A DNA stretch of 64,000 nucleotides, from positions 24,428,001 through 24,492,000 of the forward strand of contig NC_082731.1 in NCBI RefSeq assembly GCF_030144855.1, written 5' to 3'. The notes beneath the pieces are model-generated. The model did not search any database, was not told the origin of the DNA, and saw only the letters and a program-made list of their open reading frames with translations. This DNA comes from Hypanus sabinus (Eukaryota). The position numbers were made by a program, and so were the translations under genes. Below are positions 34,150-46,615 of this stretch, in pieces (position 1 is the first letter of the stretch; every line of letters starts with the position of its first letter).

Positions 34150-37100
34150 TGGGAAAGGAAGAGGATGGCAGCAGTAGTATGTGATTCTATAGTTATTGGT
34201 TCAGACCGGCGATGCTGTGAGCTTCGGTACTTTGCCTCCCAGGTGCAAGGGTCTGAGATGTTTCTGATCGCGTCGACGATATACTGAAGTGGGGAGGAGA
34301 ATAACCAGAGGTCGTGATACATCTTGCTATCAACGACATCGGTAGGAAAATAGAGGAGGAGCTGAAGGCAGAGGATAGGTAGTTAGAAAGGAAGTGGGGA
34401 GGCAAAACCTCAAAATAGAAAGCTCAGGATAACTGGCTGTGCCGCATGGTAGTGACCACAGGCATAGAATGAGCTGGAGGATTAATGAGTGGATTACATT
34501 TTGGACCAGAGGACACGGATTAAGAATTATGAATCATTGGGACCTATTTTGGAAAGTTGCGATATGTATAAAAATGACTGGTTGCAGTTGAGTAACAACG
34601 GGGCCAATTTTCTGGCCGGGTGTCTGCAAAAATCTATTGGGAGAGCTTATCTATAAATGCTGCGAGGTGGGAACCGATCTGAAGTATCTGAGGAAGAGGC
34701 GGTTGGCTCACAAACCGAGAAAGCTTTGAGACAGTGTGTTGGGGAGAATAAGCAGGATAGAGAGAAGGGATGGGACCCTGAGCGTTTGGTTCGGATGTAT
34801 CTATTTTAATTCAAGGAATACTGCGAAGAATGTGGATGTGCATAGAGCGTGGATCAGTACTTGGAGATATAATGTTGTAGCCATTACAGACAGCTGCATG
34901 CCTTAGGGGCAGCAATGCTTACTTCGGGTGTCAGGATTTAGATCTTTCAGAAAACACAGGGAGGGAGGGAAAAGGGTGGGGTGTGACACTGTTGATCAGA
35001 TATATTTTCATGGCAGCAGAAAAGGGGGAAGATATGATGGGAGTGTCTGCGGAGTCTCGGACGAAGGAAGTTGTGGCCAAGAATGGTTCAATATAATAAC
35101 TGGATGTTTTTGTAGACCAGCCCATCGTAACAGAGATATTGCGGAACAGATAGGAAGGCAGATTCAGAAAAGGTGCGTTAATGACAGGGTTGTTTTGATG
35201 GCAGATTTTAATTTCCCAAATATCGATTGGCATCTCTTTCGAGCGAGGGCTTTAGAATGAATGAAGATTGTTAGTTGTATTTCGCAAGGTTGTTTGACAC
35301 AAAATGTTGATAAACATAAATGAGGAGAAGCTGTATTCGATACCGTATTGGAAAATTAACCAATTCAAGTTTCAGATCTCTCTGTGGGAGAGCATTTGGA
35401 TATCTCCTTTGTCATAGCATTGAAAAGAGACAGGAGCAGACAAATTTGCATGACGTTTACTTGGTGTAAAGGGAAATATGAGTATATCAGGCAGGAACAT
35501 GGAAGCATAAACTGGAAAAAAAATCTTACCCTGGAGCACGGACGGATGGAATTTGAATATCCTCAGCGTTTATCTACATCGGTTTCTGCATAGGTACTTT
35601 AGAATGAGACAAGGAAAGAGTGGTATGGTACAAGGTCCTTGGTGTACAAATGTTGTAAATCCTATCAAGAAGAAAATATGAGTTTACGAAGGGTTATATT
35701 AAAATGGCAGATTTACAGGTATGGAAGGTAGTTGCGCTCGCAAAAAGTAGCTTAAGAATGTATTTTGGAGAAACAGAAATGGCCAAGGGACAGCCTTAGC
35801 GGACCGGATTCACGAAAACCCCAAGGCATTCTACAAGTATCTGAAGAACAATAGGATAAAACATCAGAGAGAGTAGGAAGACGGAAATGTGATAGTGGAG
35901 AAGTGTGTATGGAACCACAGGAGACAGCAGAGGAACTTACTGAATTCTTTGCTTCAATGTTCACGACGGAAAAGTATCTTGGCAATTGTAGGGATGCTTT
36001 ACAGCGGATTGAGAAAAACAACTTGAGCATACAGATAGTAAGGAGGCAGAGTTTTTGGAAAGCATCAAGCTGCATAGTGACTGGTACCGGACGAGATGTA
36101 CCCAACATTCTGTGCAAAGCGAGGGAGGTTATCGCTTAGCCACGGGCGATGATCTTTGCATCATCAATTAGGACGGGGGATTTACGGGGGACTGCAGTGT
36201 TGCGGATGTTGTTCCCTGATTGAAGAAAATAAGTATTATTAGACCAGGAAATTTTGGGCCATTCAGTCTGACTTTATTTCTTGGTATATTGATGGAGAGG
36301 ATACCGAATGGTAGGATTTATGAACAATTGGAGAGGCATAATATCATCAGCAATAATGTGCAGTGCTTTGCTAAAGGCAGGCCGCGCATTACGAGACTTA
36401 TTGAATCTTCTGGATATTTCTTAGCAGATTGAAGAAGATAGAGCCGTAGATGTCGTATATATGGATTTCAGCAACGATTTTGACAAGTTCACCATGCAAG
36501 GGTTATTGATAATGAAGGGAGATATAGGTTCCAAAGGGTCTTTCTTTTTGGTCCAGTACATGCTTGCCCACAAAAGAGAACTAGTGGTTGTGGACAAGTC
36601 ATATTTTGCACGGACATCGGTGAACAGTGGTGTGACTCAGGGATCTTTTCTTGAACACTCCTCTTCTCTTCGTGATAGTTTATAAATGACCTGCATGAAA
36701 AGGTGGAGTGATGGGTTAGTAAATATGCTGATAACCCTACGATTGATTTTTTTTTGATAGGTGAATAGTTGTCAGATTTTACAGACGGAAATAGATATGA
36801 TACAAGACTAGGCTGAGAAATGTCAGATGCTGTTCAACCCAGTTAAATATGAGGTTCTTCAATTTGTTTATTGAAATATTAGGCGTAATATAGCATCAAT
36901 GGTAGAACACATGGCAGTGTGTAGAATCAGAGGAATCTTGAGGCTCGTGTCTATCGCACACTCAAAGCTGATGCGCAGGTTGAATCAGCGGCTAAGACGT
37001 CATACGGTACATTTGCCTTCATCAATCGTGGGACTGAGATTATGAGCCGAGAAGTAATGTTGCATTTATATAGGACCCTGGTCAGACTCACTGGAGATAC

Positions 37101-37615
37101 TGTGCTCATTTCTGGTCACAACACTACAGGGAGTATGTATGAACCTTCGAAATGGTGCAGAGGAGTTTTGGAACGATGTTACCAGGATTGGGGAGCTTGG
37201 CTTATGAGAATAGCTATGTCAACTCGTCATTTTCTTTGGAGCGATGAAGGATGTGAGTTTACATGATAGATGTGTGCAAGATTATGAGAGGCATTGCTCG
37301 TGTGGATAGTTAGATTCCCGTTTCCAAGACTGAAGTGGCTCGAGAGGACGCATTTGCAAGTTTCCTAGACGATATATAACGGAATGTCAGAGGTAAATTT
37401 ATTTCCGCAGGGTGTTGTAAGTGCGTAGAATGGAGTGCGGGCGACGGTGATCGAGGCTGTTACGAAAGTGTCGTTGAAAAGTTTCCTGGATAGGAAAATG
37501 GACCTCAGAAAAATAGAGTTCTGTGTAACGGCTGTATTCTCTTAGGTAAGGACATGTTCGTCGCAGCTTTGAGGGCCCAAGCGTCTGTATTGTGCTCTAG
37601 GTTTTCTGTGTTGCT
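34150..37615 (+). mobile_element. Decayed CR1 (ORF1 esterase to 3' tail)
   Basis: Endonuclease remnant VVLMADFNFPNIDW, RT remnants (DFSNDFDK, SGVTQGS), 3' region EVMLHLYRTLVR, tail ..tgtgctctaggttttctgtg. Confidence 0.85.
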
Positions 37616-40600
37616 GTGCTTAAAAGTTACACAATTCCCTGCAAGCATTATGTTTCCCTCCTGAAAACCTCTCTAAGGAACGACGGGATGCATTGTCTCA
37701 TCAGTTATCCAGGGTTTACGGAAGAATCCAACATTTTGAGGGTCGGTGTCTTCCACATTTGGTTGAAGGTGACGATACATGAGTGTATACTGTCGCCATA
37801 CATTGATTACAGAGTTTTTGGAACGATGGTTCCTGTATGCCTACTGAATACTGTCTACGCTCATGTTATTCTTGCCCCTATACATGCATAATCACATGAG
37901 GATTAATTCTGTTGAATACTGATTATAAATCATAAATCATGGAATATATTTACCTGACAATATTACTTATTAACACAGTCTCAAATAATCCTTGATTCTG
38001 TTGTATTTGCTTTCAGCCGGGATTGGACAATATTTTTCTGCTTATGTCACAATTGTTCTAGGTGTTTTACAAACGTATTGCCATTCGCTGTACCACAACG
38101 GTGCAAACGGTGCTTAAAGCATGATCAGTCCCTGGATCTCTCATAAATCGCAAATATGCGAACAGATTTTATTATGTACTGGCCTCTAGCCACATTACAA
38201 CTCTCCAGCATTGATCTCGGTATGGATGGTGCGCTAGAAATGCATCCGTTGTCATCCTCTTGTCTGGCTCTCTCCCATTTCGCTCCTATCTCTTTGATTG
38301 TGCATTGATTCCAGTCACTAGATTCCCATTTCCTGCTAGTTCAGTTAATTACAGCACACGTGCAGGATGGAGTCTCAAACACGGTTCGCCATTTCGTTGG
38401 TCGATACTTGTGTGTTAACCTTGTTTCCTGATCACTTAGGGCAGTTATTTCTGTGCTTAATTCCAGTCCCTAGATATCCTATGTTAACCTCGAATCCGAG
38501 TCCTGTCCCCTGGCTATCTGTTCCACGTTCAGGAATTTGCAACAACGTCTCAGACCTATCACTGTGTCTGTGTTCTGAACTTGGGTTCTCCCGTAGTCAC
38601 GCCTTGTTACAGAAGTTAGCAGGAAGGGATGAACCCAACGGACAAAAACTTCGTGCAAGACCCTCGCCAGTCAGAGTACCTTATTGGGCCTGCACGACCA
38701 AATGCTCGGCAATGTCAGTGAGAAATTTCGTGACCTGTTCGAGAATGTAAAGCAGGTTTGTGATCATGTCAACCCGATATCCGGTACTCCGACCCCGTCC
38801 CTTCCGAGAACCAGGTCTGAACAACACGCACAGTCGGGCATCGAAACAGCAACACGATCACCTAGACAGTCACACGCACGGGAACAGGAACCCTACACTG
38901 GGGACCTAGGGAAATGCCGGGTTTCCATACTACTAAGTCCCTTGTTTTTTGAATAGGCACCATGTACTTACGCCACAAAAAAAGATCAAAGATAGTGTAC
39001 ATCCCGGAATTGTTGCGAAGAAATGCATTAGCATGTACCAAAGCTATACTGGATAACCAGCCAGAGACCTTATTTTCTTCTCCCACCTTCACCTCTGAAA
39101 TGACGAAGGTTGTTGAACATCCTGTTCGTGGTAAGTACCCCGCAAAGCGTCGACCATCTCTCCCTCTGGGCTCACAAGGTATAGCCGAATTCTCCATAAA
39201 GTTCCGTATACTAGCCCGAGATGCAGGGTGCAGTGACGAGGAACTCCAGGAAGTGTTTCATAAGGTCTGTGTGACAGGAGAATCGACGAATTGTCGGCGA
39301 GGGATGATACAAACAGCATGGAGACTTTGGAATCTTTAGCAACTAGTCCGGATACCCGAATACAGGAACGTCAGAAAGACAAAACCGGCCGCCCTACGTC
39401 TCGGGACAGCCGCCGGCCCTTTCCTCAGTCCGCTCTTAGCATAGCTCCCGTTTCGTCCAATCCCACTACCCTAGTAGAGTAAGTAATGCAGCTGGGATGG
39501 AGCCGTCTCTCTCCAACAGAGCGACTCCGGAGATTTGACTATTGCACCCAGTCTTTACATTTTCCTAATACCTGTTTCCTTCGCAGAAAAGGGAAGGCTC
39601 AGCTATAGAGAGGGTATCTTAGTGATCCAGACGACTCTCCTTTCAGTACTCCAAACCCAGATGCGGATTCAAACTACTGTGAACTATCACCAACAGGCTC
39701 TGTCTGTATCTGCCATTGTGGACTCCGATGCCGAGAGAAATCTCCAGGATGAAGACATAGCCTTGTGGGCTGGATTTGCTGGGGAACCATAAGTACCACA
39801 CTGCAAACCGTGGGCTGGATGGAAGACTTCAGTCTCAAGTCACACACTACATGCCAACCCAGACTTTGATTTTGTCTGGAAACCGTTGTGAACAGGTACA
39901 AATTAATTTAATCCTTTCTCCTTAAGTCTCTACTGTTCTGTGATACCCGTACATGAGCCACCATAATACCCACATAGACTGGTCTACTGGGAGGATAGCC
40001 AGCTGGAGCTCGTTTTGTAACTCAACCTTTATTCAGTCGGCCCTATCCCTTGGGGAGATTACCGCGACGTCGCCTCTCTGGGAACCTCAGACCAATAACC
40101 CCCCACCAGACCACCGAATTGTCCACGGTTCCAGCAGAGGCTCTTTCCCTGCTGACAAACCGACCATACGATTGTGTTATTGACCTTCTCCCCGGGTCCT
40201 CGTTACCACCATTCGGACGTATACCTTGTCCCGGCTTTGCGAGAAGTCATGCAGAAGTACATCAGTGACTCGCTCGCGGCGGGCATTATTTGGCCCTCAT
40301 CCTCTCCCGTGGGTGTATGGTTCTTCTATGTGAGGAACAAGGATGTGTTACTATATCCCTGCATCGATTCCCCAGGCCTTACTAAAATAATCTTTGAAAA
40401 AAAGTACCCACTGCCCATCATAAATTCAACTTTTGAACCACTTCAAAGAACCACCATATTCTTGAACTTGGACCTACAAAGTGCTCACCATCTGGTCGAA
40501 TAAGGGAGTGTGAAAAGTGGAAGACGTCCTATAATACCCATCTAAGCCACTTCGAATAAAAGGCCATGCCGTTTGTCTCACCAATGCCCCTGCCGTTTTA

Positions 40601-42672
40601 CATGCCCTGATTAACGATGTTTTGTGAGACTTCATAAAACGCTTTTCATCTGTCTATCTCGATGACATCCTCATCTCCAGCAATATCCTGATACCCATTC
40701 AGCATGTACGTCAAGTCCTACAGAGGCTGTGGGAGAATGAGATTATTCATGATAGCTGAGAAGTGTGAATTCCACGTTCCCTCCGTCAGCTTTTCAGGTT
40801 ACATCTTTGAGAGTGCGGGAGTGAGAGCGAATCCCGAGAAGATCTGGGCGGTGGCAGAGTTGTCCAGAACCTTGACACACAAGCAATTTCAACGATTTCT
40901 GGCGTTTGCAAACTGCGGTTCATCGCTTGTTTCTCAGGGATTACATTCGGATGTTGACGCCCCTTACCCGACTTACATCACCTACAACAACATTTCTTTG
41001 GCAATCCGAGGCTGACCAGCAGTCTGTCAACTAACGAGGCGATTCACGTCCGTTCCCAACTTGGTCCAAAGGGATCGTTCTGTCTGTTCATTGTGGAAGT
41101 CGACCCTTTCGAATCCGGGGTGGCAGCGGTACTGTCCCAAAATTCAGAACATGCTCAGAAACTTCATCCCAGTGCCTTCCTTTCTCGCTGGCTGTCCCCC
41201 TCTGAACGAAATTACGCTCCAGGCGGACAAACTAGCGTAGGCAGAATGGAGGCACCATCTGGAGTGCGCGGAGCAGTCGTTTATCGGCTGGACGAATCAC
41301 AAGAAACTCGGATATATCCAGAACGCAAAACGCCTGAACTGCCGCCAAGGCCGTTGGTTATTATTTTTGGCCGCTTCAGGTTTATTCTCAACTGTTGTCT
41401 GGGGTTCAAGAACGGGAACAATTCCGAAGAAAACCCTTCCAGCCCTGAGACCATCCCCCTACCATCCTGTGTCGTGGCGGCCGTCATCTTCGAAATCGTG
41501 GCGATAGCAAAAGAGGATTAACGGTCTGAACTTGACCCCGGCAACAGACACATCAATGGCTTTTTTGTGTCCGATTCCGTTCGATCTCACGTTCCTCAGT
41601 CTTGTTTCGCCTCCTATCGCGGGAGTGATCAGAGACTCATGCTTCCAAATAAAGTCTTTTGCTGGCCTTCCATGAAAGCTGACACCCGTTCATGAGTCTC
41701 TGCATGTTCCGTCATTGGCCGGTGAACAGCCTCCCACCGGCCACCCGCTGGATTACTTCGTCCCCATCATCGCTAGTCGTCCCTAGTCGTCTTGGACCTC
41801 ACATGGCAATAGAGATTGTCACGGGACTACCCGGTTCACTTGGGAACACCGCCGTACTTACTGTGTTGGACAGTTTCTCCACGACTGTTCACGTTGTAGA
41901 CCTCCTTAAACTCGCTTATGCTGGGGACTGCAGACCTTCTCGTGCAACACAACGAAGCAAAAGGCGGAGAAGGAACAGGTAAAAGAAGCTCGTCGAGAAG
42001 CTGTAATTATTTTTAATTGATCAAGGCAAAGAGGTTAGACTGCTCAGTCGCGTGACGTAGTACGCCAAAGGATTAAAAAGAGAGACCACAAATGTAGCGG
42101 CGATCGTCGTTGCGGCCATTGTTGCAGGGGACTGCGGAAGTGTGAGTCGGTTTTGGCTCAATCAGTCTTCGACGAGAACCGGCAGAGGCAAGGTTGAACA
42201 GGGCAGGACTGTTCAAGCGCGTGAAAGTCGCCTTCTGAGATCGGCGGGGGAATTTAAAAAGTGAGCAGAGGCTGAGTAAGAGCTTCACTCTTACTAGGTC
42301 GAGCGCGGACTTTAAAAGGCAGGTCCTCTTTTCAGAGTGGTCATTTGAATCGGGAGCAAGTTACAGCTTGTGATTCTTCTGGGAGCACAGAGAATTCGAC
42401 CGTGTAGGTAGGATTTAAGCCTACCTGGTCAATACCTGTGGAGGAGGGGGAACTGCGCAGGCGCGAGTGACGTCAGCGTCGAGCGCGCACTTTAAAAGGC
42501 AGGACTTCTTTTCAGAGCGGGCAGCGGAGTCCGTGGAAGCAGAGTCCTGGGCTTTGGCTAAGTGGGCTTCGGCGTAAGGGGACTTCGGTAAGCTTGTGTG
42601 ATTGCTCGCTGAGGGGAAGAAGGTAAGTTCGCTAGGTGCTTTTTAGACTTATTCTATTAATCCAGTTCAGGT

Positions 42673-43618
42673 ATGGGGGAGACAGTCAGAGCAGTGGTGT
42701 GCTCCGTATGCAGTATGTGGGAGGTCAGGGTCAACACAATTGTCCCTGATGACCACACCTGCAAAAGGTGCGTCCAGCTGCAGCTCCTATCAGACCGAGT
42801 TAGGGAGTTGGAGCAGGAGCTGGATGAACTACGGATCATTCGGTAGGTGGAGGCCGAGATAGATAGGAGTTATCAGGAGGTAGTCACACCAAAAAACCAA
42901 GAAGTAGGCAGATGGGTGACGGTCCAGAGAGGCAGGGGGAGCAGGCAGAGAGAGCAGAGCAACCCTGCGGCCATTCCCATTAACAATAAGTATACCGTAC
43001 TGGATACTGTTGATGGGGATGACCTACCAGGAATGAATTGTAGTGGTCCTGCCTCTGGCACAGATGTTGAACCCTCAACTAGAAAGTGGAGGAGGGACGA
43101 GAAGAGAGCGATAGTTTTAGGGGACTCTATTGTTAGGGGGGCAGATAGGAGATTTTGTGGGGCAGATCGGGAGTCTCGGATTGTATGTTGCCTCCCTGGT
43201 GCCAGAGTCCGGGACATCTCAGATCGGGAGCAGGCTATTCTTGAGAGTGAGGGCATGAACCCAGATGTATTGGTCCATGTAGGGACCAATGATGTAGGTA
43301 AGGTGAGTGAGGTGACTGCTTAGAGAGTTCAGGGAGTTAGGAGCGAAGCTGAAAGGCAGGACCTCCAGGGTGACAATCTCGGGATTGGTACCTGTGCCAC
43401 GTGCGAGTGAGGCGAAGAATAGAATGATTATGCACATTAATACGAGGCTGAGAGCATGGTACAGGAAGGAAGGGTTCAGGTTTTTGGATAATTGGTCTTT
43501 GTTCCAGGGACATTGGGATCTGTTTCGAAGGGATGGTCTACATCTGAACCGGAGGGGTACTAACATTCTTGCAGGAGTATTTGCCAGTGTTGCTCGGGGG
43601 GGGGGGTGGTTAAACTAG
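42673..43618 (+). pseudogene. CR1 ORF1 (CxxC..CxxC zinc finger, leucine zipper, SGNH/GDSL esterase)
   Basis: MGETVRAVVCSVCSMWEV..CKRCVQLQLLSDRVRELEQELDELRIIR*; GDSIVRG..HVGTND. One stop (~42844) and one frameshift (~43315). Confidence 0.88.
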
Positions 43619-46615
43619 ATGTGCAGGGTGCAGGGATCCAGATCCAGAGGGTTGGTCAGAAGGTGCATGGGGTTAAATGTGTACAAGGTTTGGGTGATCT
43701 TGAGAAGGTCATCAAAATTCAGGGTGCAATTTGCCCGAAGGAAGTTCCAGAAGCAGGGTTAGCTACAGTAGACAGCGTTTCAAGCAAAGAGAGGAGGAAT
43801 GGGCTAAGAATTCTATACTTGAATGCGCGTAGTGTCAGAAATAAGACAGATGAGCTTGAAGCTCAGATGAAAATGGGGAACTACGATATTGTTGGGATAA
43901 CGGAGACAAGGCTGCAAGGGGATCAGGCCTGGGAATTGGGTGTACCAGGGTATACGTGCTATCGTAGAGACAGAAATATGGGAAGAGGGGGTGGGGTGGC
44001 CCTGTTGGTGAGGAATGAGATTCAGTCCTTAGCAAGAGGTGACTTGGGAACAGGGGAAGCAGAGTCTGTGTGGATTGAGCTGAGGAACAGTAAGGGTAAA
44101 AAGACCCTAATGGGTGTTGTGTACAGGCCCCCAAACAGTAACATGGATATTGGGTACAAGTTGATAAGGGAGTTGACATTGGCATGTGCTGAAGGTAATG
44201 CAGTCGTTTTGGGAGATTTCAACATGCAGGTGGACTGGGAGAATCAGGTAGGTGCTGGACCCCAGGATAGGGAGTTTGTGCAGTGTCTAAGGGATGTATT
44301 TTTGGAACAGCTTGTGCTTGAGCCAAACAGGAAAGAGGCTATTTTGGACTTGGTGATGTGTAATGAACAGGAATTGATAAGTGATCTTGAAGTAAAGGAG
44401 CCATTAGGAAGTAGTGATCATAACAAGATAAGATGTTATCTACAATTTGAGAGGGATAGGGGCAGATCAGAGGTGTCAGTGTTGCAATTAAATAAAGGAG
44501 ACTACGGAGCCATGAGGGATGAGCTGGCCAAAGTTAAAAGGGCGGATGCCCTGGCAGGAAAGACAGTGGATCAGCAGTGGCAGATATTCTTGGGCATAAT
44601 ACAAAAGATGCAAATGCAGTTCATTCCAATGAGAAGGAAGGATTCAAAGAGGGGGAAGGGGCCACAGTGGTTGACAAAGGAAGTCAGAGACTGTATAGCA
44701 TTAAAGAAAAAGAAGTATGACAGGGCTAAGATGAGTGGGAATACAGATGATTGGGAAAGTTTTAAGGAACAGCAGATCTTAACGAAAAAAGCAATACGGA
44801 GAGAAAAAAAAAATCAGGTATGAACTCAGTCTATCCAGGAATATAAAAGGGGATAGCAAAAGCTTTTTTAGCTATGTGAAGAGAAAGAAGATAGTTAAGA
44901 ACAATGTTGGCCCCTTGAAGAATGAATTGGGAGAAATTATTATGGGAAACAGGGAAATGGCAACAGAATTTAATGCATACTTTAGATCTGTCTTCACCAG
45001 GGAGGACACAAGCAATCTCCCAGATGTATGAATGTGCCTGGGTCATAAGATATCAGAGCAATTGAGACAGATTGACATTAGGAAAGAAACTGTGATGAGT
45101 AGACTGGTAGGACTGAAGGCTAATAAATCCCCGGGTCCAGATGGTCTGCATCCGAGGGTTCTAAAAGAGGTGGCTCAGGAAATTGCGGATGTATAGGTAA
45201 TCATTTTCCAATGTTCCTTAGATTCAGGATCAGTTCCTGAAGATTGGAGAGTGGCTAATGTTGTCCCACCTTTCAAGAAGGGAGGGAAGGAGAAAACGGA
45301 GAACTATCGAACTGTTAGCCTAACGTCAGTCGTGGGGAGGATGCTTGAGTCCATTATTAAGGACGAAATAGTGGCACATCTAGATGGCAGAAGTAGGATT
45401 AGGCTGAGCCAGCATGGATTTACCAAGGGCAAATCATGCTTGACTAATCTGTTGGAGTTTTGTGAGGGAGTAACAAGGATGTTAGACGAGGGTAAGCCAG
45501 TAGATGTTGTGTACCTAGATTTTCAGAAGGCATTCGATAAGGTGCCACATAGGAGATTGGTGAGTAAAATCAGAGCTCATGGCATTGGGGGCAGGGTTTC
45601 AACATGGGTAGAAAACTGGTTGGCAGATAGAAAGCAAAGGGTAGCAGTGAATGGGTGTTTCTCAGACTGGCTGGAGCTGACTAGTGGGGTACCACAGGGC
45701 TCTGTATTTGGACCACTGCTCTTTACGATTTATGTCAATGATTTAGATGAGGGCATTGAAAACTATATCAGCAAGTTTGCTGACGATGCTAAACTGGGTG
45801 GCAGTGTGACATGCGAAGAGGACGTTAGGAGAATACAGGGAGTCTTGGATAGGCTGAGTGAGCGGGCAGATACTTGGCAGATGTCATTCAATGTGAATAA
45901 ATGTGAAGTTATCCACTTTGGAAGCTGGAACAAGAGGACAGAGTATTGTCTGAACGGTGTCGACTTAGGTAAGCGAGAAATGCAAAGAGACCTAGGAGTC
46001 CTAGTTCACGAGTAAATGAAGGTGAATGAGCAAGTGCAACAGGCAGCGAAGAGGGCAAATGGAATGTTGACCTTTGTTACAAGGGGAATTGAATACAAGA
46101 GCAAGGATGTTCTTTTGCATTTGTACAGGGCCCTGGTGAGACCACACCTGGAATATTGTCCACAGTTTTGGTCTCCAGGTTTAAGGAAGGACATTCCGGC
46201 AATTGAGGAAGTGCAGCGTAGATTCACTAGGTTGATTCCTGGGATGGCAGGGCTGTCTTACGCAGAGAGATTGGAGAGATTTGGCTTGTACACGCTGGAA
46301 TTGAGGAGATTGAGAGGGGATCTGATTGAAACGTTTAAGATAATTAAAGGATTTGATAGGATTGAGGCAGGAAATATGTTCCAGATGGTGGGAGAGTCCA
46401 GTACCAGACGGCATGGATTGAGAATAAGAGGTCAGTTATTTAAAACAGAGTTGAGGAAGAGCTTCTTCTCCCAGAGAGTTGTGGAGGTGTGGAATGCACT
46501 GCCTCGGAAGACGGTGGAGGCCAATTCTCTGGATGCTTTCAAGAAGGAGCTGGATAGATATCTGATGGATAGGGGAATCAAGGGATATGGGGACAAGGCA
46601 GTGACAGGGTATTGA
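43606..46615 (+). pseudogene. CR1 ORF2 (APE endonuclease + reverse transcriptase)
   Basis: YLNARS, ITETRL, LGDFN, GSSDH endonuclease motifs; DFQKAFDKV, GVPQGSVFGP, FADD RT motifs. Frameshift in the A-run ~44810, few stops (e.g. 46013-46015). Confidence 0.92.
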
